64,000 nt of DNA from Candidatus Woesearchaeota archaeon CG10_big_fil_rev_8_21_14_0_10_45_16 (lineage in GTDB: Archaea; Nanobdellota; Nanobdellia; Woesearchaeales; GW2011-AR9): assembly GCA_002762785.1 (NCBI GenBank), contig PCXY01000003.1:70463-134462 (forward strand). Reading direction: 5' to 3'. The translations under genes were made by a program, and so were the position numbers. Positions 36,738 through 46,443 of this stretch are shown one piece after another (position 1 is the stretch's first letter; every line of letters starts with the position of its first letter). Under the pieces are notes generated by a model that had not been told where the DNA came from, made no database searches, and was given only the letters and a program-made list of their open reading frames with translations.

Positions 36738-38738
36738 ATGCCTGAGACTAAATTGGACGCAGCCTCACCATCTCTTCTTTCTCTAGCTGTGCTTAAAGAG
36801 TATGAACTTCTTGATCCTATCCCCGGGTCGCGTCTGGAGGAGTTGGGTCTTTCCGCCTATGCAGAAAAAGCCTTTCCTTTATCAGGAGATGAAAACAGTT
36901 TCTATGCGGCTTCGATATTAGCTGCGATCATCAGAGAACATGATCAGATAGAAGTTCCCACTTACGTATCGAGAGATAGTATCGCTGCCATCGAATCTCT
37001 CGGAGAATATTCTCCGTTGGAACAGAATTTAGCAGGAGAGCGGCTATCATATCTTTTATCAAAAGGCATTGTACCGGAGCGCAACGGTCAGATCCCTATC
37101 GCCGATCTTGACCTGATCCTGGAAGACTTTCTCTATGCCAGCTGCGGACAGCCGAAAGTGTATGAGCAGAAGGTGGTTCTGCTACGGGAACCGGAGCCAC
37201 CAGTAGAGCCGAAAGTCCAGCTGCCTGCCAATGATAATTCTCGAAGGCCGCCGGTTATCGAAAGAAGACCACGTCAACCAGCCAGATCAGAAGAACCAAA
37301 GAAACGCAGAGGAAGATCACCTTTAGTGCTGGTTTCAGCGCCTGAAGAGACCCAGCCGCAATCGTATAGGCCTAGAAGAGTTGAAGATGTTGTTGATCAT
37401 ATTAGAGATAACACCACTATTGTTAGGAGAAGAGAACCTGCTGCAGAAGATAAAGAGATAAGTCAACAAGACCATGAAGCCAGCAGAGATTCTGTCCGGG
37501 CCTATCTCCGCGATATCGGTCGTAGACCTTTACTGACCCGGGAAGAAGAAGTAGAATGGGGGAAGCAGGCTGAGGTAGTGCATTCTGATATGGCTGATCT
37601 CATCCTATCAGCTCGTTTTGGCGCGTTTCCCTCTGGAAGTGGAGATATTTCTGATAATACCGGCCTGTATCTGGTCCTGCATCAGATAGCTACTGCTAAT
37701 TATTCGAGAAGTAGGGATTATGCTCTCACCAATGAACAAAAAGAATTGATCTACCAGCAAAGATACTCAGAACTTCCAGAAGGTTCATTGTATCGTCGCC
37801 TTGTGGAAGTTCTTACAGGTCAGAGAGATGTTGAAGAACTTTCAACCGATGTTATCAGAATTCCACGAGATCTTATTCTAGACTCAGCGAGAGATCTAAT
37901 GTCAATCGTTAAATATCAGATCAATGATGATCCTCATCAAAGCGCAGGTTCTGAAGTGAAGAGAGAGCTTGTGAGAGATCTTGGAAGAAAGCTTAGGGAA
38001 TACGGCAGACTCAAAGACAAGATGGTCGAAAGCAATCTTCGTCTGGCGGCTTCCATCGCAAGAAAATATTTTGGTCGCGGTCTCGATTTTCTGGATCTCG
38101 TTCAAGAAGGTAACATCGGCCTGATGAAAGCTGCTGATAAGTGGGATTATCGACTAGGATTTAAATTTTCAACCTACGCTATCTGCTGGATCAGGCAGAG
38201 TATTGCCCGGGCTATCGCAGACAAAGGTAAGAATATCAGGGTTCCGGTCCATATGACCGAATTGATACATAAAGCGCGTAGAGCTGAGATGACATTGGCT
38301 GATAAATTAGGAAGAGATGCTTTGCCAGAGGAAGTAGCAAGATATATGGGGATAAGTGTTGATCAATACCATAAGATGAAAAAAGCAAGGCGTTCTACGA
38401 TCTCATTGAATTCTAAAATCGGAGAAGGCGAAGATGCAGAGTTGGGCGATTTTATCGCTGATGGATCTTCTCCTTCAGGATTTGATACTGCTCAACGAAA
38501 TGAGTTAGAAAAGATTCTCAACTCCCTGTTGGGAACGCTTTCACCAAGAGAAGAGAAGATTTTACGGATGAGATTTGGCATGGGTCTGCCAGCAGATCAC
38601 ACCCTTGAGCAGATTGGTCAAGATTTTGAAGTTAGTCGGGAGCGAATAAGACAGATTGAAGCCAAGGCTTTAAGAAGATTAAGACATCCAAGTAGGACTA
38701 AGGAACTAAAACCTTTTATGGACGATCTTGAACAGTGA
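36738..38738 (+). CDS. RpoD/sigma70-like protein with an unrelated N-terminal extension
   Basis: Region 1.2 DSVRAYLRDIG..PLLTREEE; region 2 ESNLRL...DLVQEGNIGLMKA.DKWDY..GFKFSTYA.CWIRQ; region 3; region 4 TLEQIG..FEVSRERIRQIEAKALRRLRHP. Confidence 0.93.
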   Translation: MPETKLDAASPSLLSLAVLKEYELLDPIPGSRLEELGLSAYAEKAFPLSGDENSFYAASILAAIIREHDQIEVPTYVSRDSIAAIESLGEYSPLEQNLAGERLSYLLSKGIVPERNGQIPIADLDLILEDFLYASCGQPKVYEQKVVLLREPEPPVEPKVQLPANDNSRRPPVIERRPRQPARSEEPKKRRGRSPLVLVSAPEETQPQSYRPRRVEDVVDHIRDNTTIVRRREPAAEDKEISQQDHEASRDSVRAYLRDIGRRPLLTREEEVEWGKQAEVVHSDMADLILSARFGAFPSGSGDISDNTGLYLVLHQIATANYSRSRDYALTNEQKELIYQQRYSELPEGSLYRRLVEVLTGQRDVEELSTDVIRIPRDLILDSARDLMSIVKYQINDDPHQSAGSEVKRELVRDLGRKLREYGRLKDKMVESNLRLAASIARKYFGRGLDFLDLVQEGNIGLMKAADKWDYRLGFKFSTYAICWIRQSIARAIADKGKNIRVPVHMTELIHKARRAEMTLADKLGRDALPEEVARYMGISVDQYHKMKKARRSTISLNSKIGEGEDAELGDFIADGSSPSGFDTAQRNELEKILNSLLGTLSPREEKILRMRFGMGLPADHTLEQIGQDFEVSRERIRQIEAKALRRLRHPSRTKELKPFMDDLEQ

Positions 38739-38831
38739 CCATCGCTGGATCGACTGGATCGGTATGATACGCTTGATTCATGTCTCCATTTTTTGAAAGT
38801 CCTGATTTAAGTGTTTTGCAGAAAAAGGCTA

Positions 38832-38985
38832 TGTAGAAATCTCTTCGAGAGGTCACGGCCAACTCGCTCTTTTACTGAAGCGATTGGAATGCGACCTCCC
38901 CGGATGGGGCTTCCCCCTGTCGCAAACTGTCATCACAAATTACTGGCACCGCTCGTGCAGAGGCGGTGACCCTTCATTTTCTACA
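38832..38985. ncRNA. Candidate structured ncRNA, probably minus strand
   Basis: Closing stems TGTAGAAA/TTTCTACA and GGTCAC/GTGACC enclose several hairpins; minus-strand TTTATAA about 30 nt upstream. Confidence 0.45.
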
Positions 38986-39061
38986 GAGCACCAGAAAAAC
39001 AAGAACTCCATTAAACTTATAAACCAGGGTTAAGGAAAGAATGGCATAGGAGGAATAAAAT

Positions 39062-39661
39062 ATGATAAAGATACATGGTAACAGGATGTCTGGAAACAGC
39101 CTTAAAGTTGAATGGGTAGCTAAATTGGTCAAAGCTGAGTATACCTTTGACGAGAAAGATTTCAAGACAGACCTGAAGACAGCCGATTTTCTGAAGTTAA
39201 ACCCGGTAGGTAAGATTCCGGTCGTAGAAGATGGAGATTTCGTCTTATTTGAAAGCGGAGCTATCTGTAAATATCTCTGTGATACGCAAAGCAGTGATCT
39301 TTATCCAAAGGATCTGAAACAGCGAGCTTTAGTAGACCAATGGATCGATTTCTCGACCATCCATGTCGGCGGGGCTATGTCTAAGGTCGCTTTCAACAAG
39401 GTGTTTGCACCAAAGATGGGGGTGCCGGTCGATGAGCAATCGATGGCTGATGGGATCAAGTTCTTGGCTCGTTATCTTCCAGTCGTAGAAGAACAGTTGG
39501 GAAAAGGTCAGTTTCTTATGGGAGATTCCCTAACCTTAGCAGATATCACCCTTTTGGCATCTCTCCACTATGCTGAACCGGCCGAGGTTGACCTAAGTCC
39601 GTATCAGAAGATCACTGCCTGGCGCAATAGATTGCGGGAGATGGATTTTTTCAAGAATTAA
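39062..39661 (+). CDS. Glutathione S-transferase family protein
   Basis: SGNSLKV, LNPVGKIP, LFESGAI, LTLADI. Confidence 0.92.
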   Translation: MIKIHGNRMSGNSLKVEWVAKLVKAEYTFDEKDFKTDLKTADFLKLNPVGKIPVVEDGDFVLFESGAICKYLCDTQSSDLYPKDLKQRALVDQWIDFSTIHVGGAMSKVAFNKVFAPKMGVPVDEQSMADGIKFLARYLPVVEEQLGKGQFLMGDSLTLADITLLASLHYAEPAEVDLSPYQKITAWRNRLREMDFFKN

Positions 39662-39670
39662 TTTTTTTCT

Positions 39671-40681
39671 TTAATTTTGCTTTCCTTCCGCTTCCTTATA
39701 CACATACTCAAATTCCTGCAAGAATCGCTGAGCTATCTTCTCGTCATGGATGATCAGGATGTTCTCATCGTTCCTTTCGTCCCCGGAACCGGTCGGGTTC
39801 ATGCTTCCGGTGATGACTGTCTTGCCGTCGATGATAAATACTTTATGATGCATGTTGTTGGGATTGCCGTCTTTCAGCACGTCCATATCCTGGTAGATGA
39901 TCCGGTCGTACTCAGAATCATCCGTCACCTGTCGGGCTTCCATCACTCCTCTTATCAAGATGCCGTCTCTATGTTTCAGCAGGATCATGTCACCGATGCC
40001 GTCGTTGGTGAACGAGAAGGTCAGGAGATGGATGGAGGTTTCTGCTTTCTGTAACTCTTCTTTGATATGTGCGGCGCAATGGTCTTCCGGACAGAAGTAA
40101 TTCTCGATCTTGACCCCGTCAAGTTTCACCGAAGGGTTTTGGACTGGTTCTCCTTTCTTGAAATCACCGTCCCACATCTCCTGGAATTCCGCATCATAGT
40201 TTTGGGCTAAGGTCTTGGAATCTATCAGCAGCAGATTATTGTTATTCTTATCTACTCCATTATTGGTGGGATTCATGCTGCCGGTGGAGATCTTCTTGCC
40301 GTCGATGATACAGAACTTGTCGTGCATCAGGCCCCAGGAATCTTCCCGGACAAAATCATAGGTAAACTTATGGATATAATCATTATCAGTCACTACTTTT
40401 ACATCTAAGCCCTGCCGTTCTTTTGATAACAAGACTTCTTGTACGGATGGCAGTCCGATGTCGAAGAGAGCGCAGTGGACAGATTCTTCGGCTGTTGAAA
40501 TGAAATTGGTGAAAGCTGTCTCACAGCCTTCACGTGGACAGAAATAGACCTGGATACTGCCCTGATCCTGGACATAGCTCTCTGAAGCGACGATACTGCC
40601 GGTCATCCCGGAAAAGTCAAGGTCTTGGTAATAGCTGAATCCCAGAAGGATGATAACTATCAACAACACGTACCGCCTCAT
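39671..40681 (-). CDS. Phospholipase D/nuclease family protein with two HKD motifs
   Basis: MHDKFCIIDG..STGSMN and MHHKVFIIDG..ITGSMN; N-terminal anchor. Confidence 0.9.
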   Translation of the reverse strand: MRRYVLLIVIILLGFSYYQDLDFSGMTGSIVASESYVQDQGSIQVYFCPREGCETAFTNFISTAEESVHCALFDIGLPSVQEVLLSKERQGLDVKVVTDNDYIHKFTYDFVREDSWGLMHDKFCIIDGKKISTGSMNPTNNGVDKNNNNLLLIDSKTLAQNYDAEFQEMWDGDFKKGEPVQNPSVKLDGVKIENYFCPEDHCAAHIKEELQKAETSIHLLTFSFTNDGIGDMILLKHRDGILIRGVMEARQVTDDSEYDRIIYQDMDVLKDGNPNNMHHKVFIIDGKTVITGSMNPTGSGDERNDENILIIHDEKIAQRFLQEFEYVYKEAEGKQN

Positions 40682-40712
40682 GAGAGGGAGAAAACAGGCT
40701 TGATTAATTAAG

Positions 40713-41087
40713 TTAATGGAAGTAGGGAGAAAGCCTTGCTGCCAGATCATCGAAATCCTGACTAAGATCTTTTTTGGTAAGATAGATCTCCCCATGTTTG
40801 AAATTAAAACAGTTGTCGGCAGGCCGATAGCTTTCTTGTCCGACTAGACAAAATACGATATAACTTCTTCTTTGATTGCCTACTTCTCTTAATCTTCTAA
40901 GAACATTCAACCCATCAAACTGAATATCATCGCACATGACCACAGAAAAATAATCCTTTCGCACTCTTTCCTCTAATTCTCTTTCTGAAGCAGCTTCTTC
41001 TATGTCTATTCCTGGAAATGCTGTTTTCAGTACTCCAGCATAAACAAGTCTCCAACATCCTTCAGAATCGGCGACGATAGCTTTCAT
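40713..41087 (-). CDS. Degenerate response-regulator receiver-like protein
   Basis: KAIVADSE, VVMCDD..FDGLNVLRRLR, YLTK. Confidence 0.6.
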   Translation of the reverse strand: MKAIVADSEGCWRLVYAGVLKTAFPGIDIEEAASERELEERVRKDYFSVVMCDDIQFDGLNVLRRLREVGNQRRSYIVFCLVGQESYRPADNCFNFKHGEIYLTKKDLSQDFDDLAARLSPYFH

Positions 41088-41135
41088 AAAGTCCCTAAAA
41101 ATATAAATATAATAAAAAAGTAATGGTAAAAATGC

Positions 41136-41651
41136 TTACCTTATCCCTCGACCTTTCCTGCCGGCAGAAGTCTTGCCCTGGAAGACACGGGTCTGGTTCT
41201 TCTTGGTCTGCAGCCACTGCAGGTTCTTGTCGGCTTTGATCACTGGGTGATGCGGATCGACCATGATCACTTCATACCAGTAGAACTTGCCGTCTTCAGC
41301 TGCCCAGTAGGAATTAAGCACAGTCAGGTTCAGGAACTTCTTTTGCGCCCTTTCTTCAGCGATCTGCTGATAGTTCTTGCTAAGGTTCAGCCTTGTTCCG
41401 TATCGCTTGGGTCTTCTACCTGCGCCTGGTTTAGGCCGGCGATGACCTCCTCTTGGAACTCTTTGCCGTATGATGACAAATCCTTGCTTGGCTTTATAGC
41501 CAAGAGAACGAGCTCGGTCCAGACGGGTTGGTCTTTCCGCTTTGACGGTAGTCGGTTCCTGACGCCATTGCAATAGGCGCTCCCGCCAGACTTCTGGCAT
41601 GTTTTCTTTCGGTTTTTTCCACAATTCACGTAGATTCTTATATAGACTCAT
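41136..41651 (-). CDS. rpl15e: 50S ribosomal protein eL15
   Basis: RPTRLDRARSLGYKAKQG, VLNSYW, YEVIMVDP. Confidence 0.97.
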   Translation of the reverse strand: MSLYKNLRELWKKPKENMPEVWRERLLQWRQEPTTVKAERPTRLDRARSLGYKAKQGFVIIRQRVPRGGHRRPKPGAGRRPKRYGTRLNLSKNYQQIAEERAQKKFLNLTVLNSYWAAEDGKFYWYEVIMVDPHHPVIKADKNLQWLQTKKNQTRVFQGKTSAGRKGRGIR

Positions 41652-41922
41652 TTTGGCCTCCGTTGTTTCACTTGTTATTAGGCATCTGCTGCCTGCTCTG
41701 CAATGACTTAATCATTGCTTAGGATTCAGGTAAGCCATTACCCACATCTCCCTGACCTGGATTTGACCGGCCTTTTAAAAAGGTTTTGGCATTGCAGGCT
41801 CTTCTCCCTACATCTCAATTTGTATTTGTAGGGGAAAAAATCTCTCAGTTCTTGCTAAAGACTAAAACTAAGAACTAAAAATAAATTAAGAAAATGGTAA
41901 AAAGGTTGTTTCCAGCGAAGGA

Positions 41923-42087
41923 TCAGTAACTTCTCTTCTTTGAGTAGCATTCCCTACAGAAAACGTCTCTGCCTTCTTTCGGTTTGAATGGTACTTCACA
42001 CTGCTTGCCGCATTCGCCGCAAGTCGCTTTGTGCATTTCTTTTGGTCCAAAATCTCTTTTGAATCCGCCTTGACTATCGTTTCTCAT
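41923..42087 (-). CDS. CxxC-x17-CxxC zinc-ribbon protein (not in ORF track)
   Basis: GGAGG RBS; KEMHKATCGECGKQCEVPFKPKEGRDVFCRECY. Confidence 0.85.
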   Translation of the reverse strand: MRNDSQGGFKRDFGPKEMHKATCGECGKQCEVPFKPKEGRDVFCRECYSKKRSY

Positions 42088-42328
42088 TGTTTCCTCCAGT
42101 ATTAGTTCAATGAACTATAAAACCTATATATTACAGGTTTACTTATAAATCTTCTTAGGAAATTTCTGTCAGCGAGTCGGTATTGCCGGTAGGGCTTAGC
42201 TAACTATCTCCAAAAATCTACGTGCCATGCTGCGCTCACACGGAATGCAACCAAATACGTACCAAGAACAGAAGCCTTTAAATATTCTGGTCATATCTAT
42301 ACTAACACGATATGGAGGTGTGGTTTAT

Positions 42329-43462
42329 ATGGATATAAGTCCGATAATCAAAGACGATTTCTTGGCGGTGGAAGATACGGCGATGCTTTCAGAAGCATTG
42401 GGCCAATTACGACAGTATGACAAGAGGGCCGCGCTGATCTTTAGGAATAAGAAGTACCAGGGCCTCATCGAGCGGAAAAGGCTCCTGACGACCAACATTG
42501 ATGCTACTAACACCAAGATCGGCAAGTATGTCCATATGACTCCGATCGTCAGCGACCATGCCGACATCCTGGAGACAGCAGTCTACCTGGCTGATACGGA
42601 ATCAGATTACCTTCCGGTCCAGAATAACAGGACTATCGTCGGTGTTGTCCATGCTTTAGACCTGGCTAAGCTGGCCATGACCCTGCCGGAGACCAGCAAG
42701 CTGAAAGTATCTGACATCAAGCTGCTGAAACCTCGTAAAGTCAACAGCACCGATTCTCTGTCGGTCGTCTTAGAGATCATGAAGAAAGAGCATGTTGATC
42801 ATGTTCCTGTCTTTAAAGATAATGCCTTGTTTGGTATCGTCAGCTTCCGCGACCTGCTGCGAAAATACATTAACTGGTCGCCGAAGAGAGATTTCTCTGC
42901 TAAGTTTAACAAAGAAGCAAGCTCCAGGGCGGCAAGGGTAGACATCAGTCCTTTAGCCTCATTGCCGGTGCAGAACTTCAGCACCAACGATAATCTGGTG
43001 AAGATCAAAAGTTCAGCCACCTTGCTGGAAGCGGTGACCCTGCTGTTCAAGAACAACATCCGCAACCTGATCGTCACGGAAGACAACCAATATCTGGGCT
43101 TGTTGTCGTTACGTAACATTCTCACTGCTGTCAGCAAGCTGAAAGTCCAGAAGAACTACAATATCAAGTTTGTCGGGCTTAACAAGCTGGATTGGCATCC
43201 GTCTGAGAAAGAAGCTCTGAAGAAGATCGCTTCCAACGAATCGTTCAAGCTGCAGCGGATATTGAAGAACGAGTTCAGCCTGATCATCCATCTTAAAGAG
43301 TATGAGAAAGAAGGTCAGAAACACAAGTATTCCGTGACCATGCGGGTCGATTTCCCGGGCAGGAACATCAGTATCTCCCAGGACGATTGGGATTGGCGTA
43401 CAGCAGTCAGGAAAACTTTTGCCAACGCCAAGAACAAGCTGGGGAAACAGTTTAAAGTTTGA
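42329..43462 (+). CDS. Tandem CBS domains plus C-terminal HPF/RaiA-like domain
   Basis: Four CBS-like repeats; C-terminal LIIHLKEY...KYSVTMRV...DDWDWRTAVRKTF; GGAGGTG RBS. Confidence 0.75.
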   Translation: MDISPIIKDDFLAVEDTAMLSEALGQLRQYDKRAALIFRNKKYQGLIERKRLLTTNIDATNTKIGKYVHMTPIVSDHADILETAVYLADTESDYLPVQNNRTIVGVVHALDLAKLAMTLPETSKLKVSDIKLLKPRKVNSTDSLSVVLEIMKKEHVDHVPVFKDNALFGIVSFRDLLRKYINWSPKRDFSAKFNKEASSRAARVDISPLASLPVQNFSTNDNLVKIKSSATLLEAVTLLFKNNIRNLIVTEDNQYLGLLSLRNILTAVSKLKVQKNYNIKFVGLNKLDWHPSEKEALKKIASNESFKLQRILKNEFSLIIHLKEYEKEGQKHKYSVTMRVDFPGRNISISQDDWDWRTAVRKTFANAKNKLGKQFKV

Positions 43463-43590
43463 TTTTTTAATATATTACATTTTTTTAAATTCTTTTTATT
43501 CTCATGACTTTATCCTGATTATCTTAGACTCCAAACATCTTAACAGAAATTATTCTTAAAAGAAATTATTAAAGAAAATCTAATCCTAAC

Positions 43591-43983
43591 TCACTTCTTT
43601 TCCATCTTCTGACGGAACTTGCGAGCGTTCTCTTCATTGACGAAACGGTAGGTCTTGCCGTTGATCTTGGCTTCCACGACATCTTCCACGTCCATCAACG
43701 GTTCGCCGGTCAAAGCGTCTTTGCCCAGCTGGCCGGCCTGTGAGGCGCCTTCCATGAAACCTTCTTCCCAGGTGTCGATCTCGTCATCCTCTTCCAGCTT
43801 CTCACGACCTTCGTCAGAATAGATATCTTCGTCCTCATCACCGTGTTCCATGGCATCCTGTTTCTCTTCGCTAGTCTCTTCATCAAGGATACCTTGTTCT
43901 TCGGCAGCATGGACTTCATCTTCATGAGCTGCTTCTTTCTTTGGATCGCGTTTAGCCTCTTTTCTCATGTCATTTGGAAACAT
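43591..43983 (-). CDS. Acidic protein with C-terminal YHS/TRASH-like domain
   Basis: Acidic N-terminus; DALTGEPL...INGKTYRFVNEENARKF. Confidence 0.7.
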   Translation of the reverse strand: MFPNDMRKEAKRDPKKEAAHEDEVHAAEEQGILDEETSEEKQDAMEHGDEDEDIYSDEGREKLEEDDEIDTWEEGFMEGASQAGQLGKDALTGEPLMDVEDVVEAKINGKTYRFVNEENARKFRQKMEKK

Positions 43984-44383
43984 TCTTCAGTTTAAAAGGA
44001 TTGTGGTTTGACAGAGTAAAGATCTGCCACGATACCTTTAAAAAGAGCCCCCGGTGTTGCTGCAATCATGACCATAGATTTGCATCTTGCTGGTATCCGG
44101 CTGGTTGAAAGGCCAAGAAGTCTCCGGCATCCTTTCGGTCCGAGGACTGAGGTGCTCTTTACGGGAAGACTCAGAGGGGACATAACTCCTGTTGAAAGAC
44201 TCGTCGCGCTCACGGACGGCCATAGAGTGACTGTCTATACGGATAGCATTGCGCAGTTTGCTTCACACTATCAACCTTTGATAAAAGATGCTCTGGCTGA
44301 TCTTCAAGGTTATAAAATGGAATGATGGTTGGCTGAAGCCTTATCAAGCAAAAATTTATATAGGAACTGCTGTAGATCAACTT

Positions 44384-45862
44384 ATGCATAACAAACATCC
44401 CGCAGGACCGCCTTCTGATCTCAAACAGATAGATGAGACCACCTGGGAACTGCCCATTTCTCATAAAGAAGGGATGCGGGTTCCGGCCAGGATCATTGCC
44501 AGTAAAGAGCTCATCGATGCGATGGACGGCGGTGTCTTTGAACAGGTTTCTAACGTAGCCACGCTTCCAGGGATCCAACGCTATGCTTTCTGCATGCCTG
44601 ACGGACACTGGGGTTACGGTTTTCCCATCGGCGGCGTCGCAGCATTCGATCCAGAGGAAGGGGGAGTCATCTCGCCCGGTGGAATTGGCTTTGACATAAA
44701 TTGCGGCATGCGTCTGATAACGACTAATCTTACCATAGACGAAGTCAAGCCCAAGATCAAAGAATTGGTCGATGCTCTTTATTTGAAAGTTCCAGCCGGT
44801 GTCGGCTGTAAAGGATTCGTTAAGCTGGATAAAGAAGAATTCAAGAAAGTGTGTATGGAGGGCGTGGAATGGTGCGAGAAGAACGGCTACGCCTGGAAAT
44901 CTGACGTTGAAAACACTGAAAGTTATGGCAGGATTCCGCATGCTGACATCACTAAAGTTTCTGACAAGGCCATCAAGCGAGGTATGGACCAGCTCGGCAC
45001 TCTTGGTTCCGGCAATCATTACCTGGAGATCCAGGAAGTGCGTGAAGGCAACATCTTCGATAAAGAAGCTGCCAAAGCCATGGGCGTCACCAAAGTTGGT
45101 CAGATCGTTATCATGGTGCACTGTGGCAGCAGAGGTTTCGGCCACCAGATCGGCACCGATTATCTCCGGGTGTTCCTAGATGTCATGCCTAAATATGGCA
45201 TCAAGATCCTTGATCAGGAACTGGCTTGCGCGCCGTTCAAGTCACCGGAAGGACAGGATTATTACAAAGCGATGGCCTGCGCTGCTAACATGGCTTTCGC
45301 CAATAGGCAGGTCATCACCCATCGTATCAGGGAAGTGTTCAGCCGTATCTTCAACAAGACTGCGGAAGAGCTGGAGATGAACCTGGTCTATGATGTCGCT
45401 CACAATATCGCTAAGCTTGAAAAACATGTTGTCGATGGTAAAGAGAAGACGTTGATCGTCCATCGGAAAGGATCGACGAGAGCTTTCGGACCTTCTAGGT
45501 CTGAAGAATTACCAGAAAAATATCGGCAATGTGGACAGCCAGTCATCTTAGGTGGTTCCATGGAAACTGGTTCATATCTTTTGGCTGGAACTGACGCTGC
45601 CGATGAGTTCTTTGCGTCTACTGCACACGGCGCCGGCAGGACCATGAGCCGGACCAAAGCTAAAGAACTGGTGCGAGGCGACAAGCTTCAGAAAGACATG
45701 GAAACTCGCGGCATCTATGTCCATGCCGTGACCATGCAAGGTCTGGCTGAAGAAGCTGGACAGGCTTACAAAGACATAAATCTCGTCGTCGATACGTTGG
45801 ATAAAGCTGGGATAACGAAACCTGTCGTGGCTTTGAAACCGATCGGCAACGTTAAAGGATAG
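44384..45862 (+). CDS. rtcB: RNA-splicing ligase RtcB
   Basis: MPDGHWGYGFPIGG, GFDINCG, GTLGSGNHYLE, HCGSRG, HNIAK, HRKG, HGAGR. Confidence 0.97.
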   Translation: MHNKHPAGPPSDLKQIDETTWELPISHKEGMRVPARIIASKELIDAMDGGVFEQVSNVATLPGIQRYAFCMPDGHWGYGFPIGGVAAFDPEEGGVISPGGIGFDINCGMRLITTNLTIDEVKPKIKELVDALYLKVPAGVGCKGFVKLDKEEFKKVCMEGVEWCEKNGYAWKSDVENTESYGRIPHADITKVSDKAIKRGMDQLGTLGSGNHYLEIQEVREGNIFDKEAAKAMGVTKVGQIVIMVHCGSRGFGHQIGTDYLRVFLDVMPKYGIKILDQELACAPFKSPEGQDYYKAMACAANMAFANRQVITHRIREVFSRIFNKTAEELEMNLVYDVAHNIAKLEKHVVDGKEKTLIVHRKGSTRAFGPSRSEELPEKYRQCGQPVILGGSMETGSYLLAGTDAADEFFASTAHGAGRTMSRTKAKELVRGDKLQKDMETRGIYVHAVTMQGLAEEAGQAYKDINLVVDTLDKAGITKPVVALKPIGNVKG

Positions 45863-45924
45863 ATTAGCTGGATAGAGTGGATGAGACAATTTAGAAAAAG
45901 AGATGATGAGGAAAGAGGGGGAGA

Positions 45925-46407
45925 TTGATGCAGTTGCGTTATGCTCTATTGGTACTGCTATTTACCACTTCTGTGTGCGCTGTTCCTTTTCCTTTTTCTT
46001 CTCCATACCAACTACCGGCAGTAGTAGAGTCTTTTGATCCTGTGGCTGTCCCATCTTTGTTTTTTGAAAATCCGTTCATTTTTTTTACTGAGATACATTC
46101 GGAAGAAAAGATAAAACTCTCTGAACTATTGTCTGAACCTGCTTTCTACATAATCCGGATTGACCAAAAAGGTTTCAAGCCGGCCTTTCTTGAAGTTAAA
46201 GTTGGTGACACTGTTGAATGGCAGAATATCCGTTCTACCTACCGTCTTAATAAAGCGTTGATCGTAGGTTCCTGGTTGTGCGGTCATTTTCAGAGTCCCT
46301 TGCTGCAAATAAATGATACTTTTTCCTGGACTTTCACGCAGGAAGGAAAATGTCAAATCGTCGATGCCGTCACTAAACAAGTAGGGCGGATAATCATCAA
46401 GTCGTAA
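45925..46407 (+). CDS. Secreted cupredoxin-fold protein
   Basis: Signal peptide; GFKPAFLEVKVGDTVEW...FSWTF. Confidence 0.7.
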   Translation: MMQLRYALLVLLFTTSVCAVPFPFSSPYQLPAVVESFDPVAVPSLFFENPFIFFTEIHSEEKIKLSELLSEPAFYIIRIDQKGFKPAFLEVKVGDTVEWQNIRSTYRLNKALIVGSWLCGHFQSPLLQINDTFSWTFTQEGKCQIVDAVTKQVGRIIIKS

Positions 46408-46443
46408 GAAAGATATATAAATCAATTCTTCTTTTTTTACGAT

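Noticed and set aside
36738-39661. Bacterial contamination as the explanation for the sigma70-like and GST genes
   Set aside because: Both have archaeal TATA-type upstream regions and sit among archaeal genes with no visible break. This cannot be fully excluded without read data.
44068-44325. 85-aa ORF upstream of rtcB
   Set aside because: It may be real (TTTAAAA box upstream) but has no recognisable motif and is not archease-like, so support was insufficient to list it.
44210-45145. 311-aa ORF antisense to rtcB
   Set aside because: Shadow ORF of a highly conserved gene.
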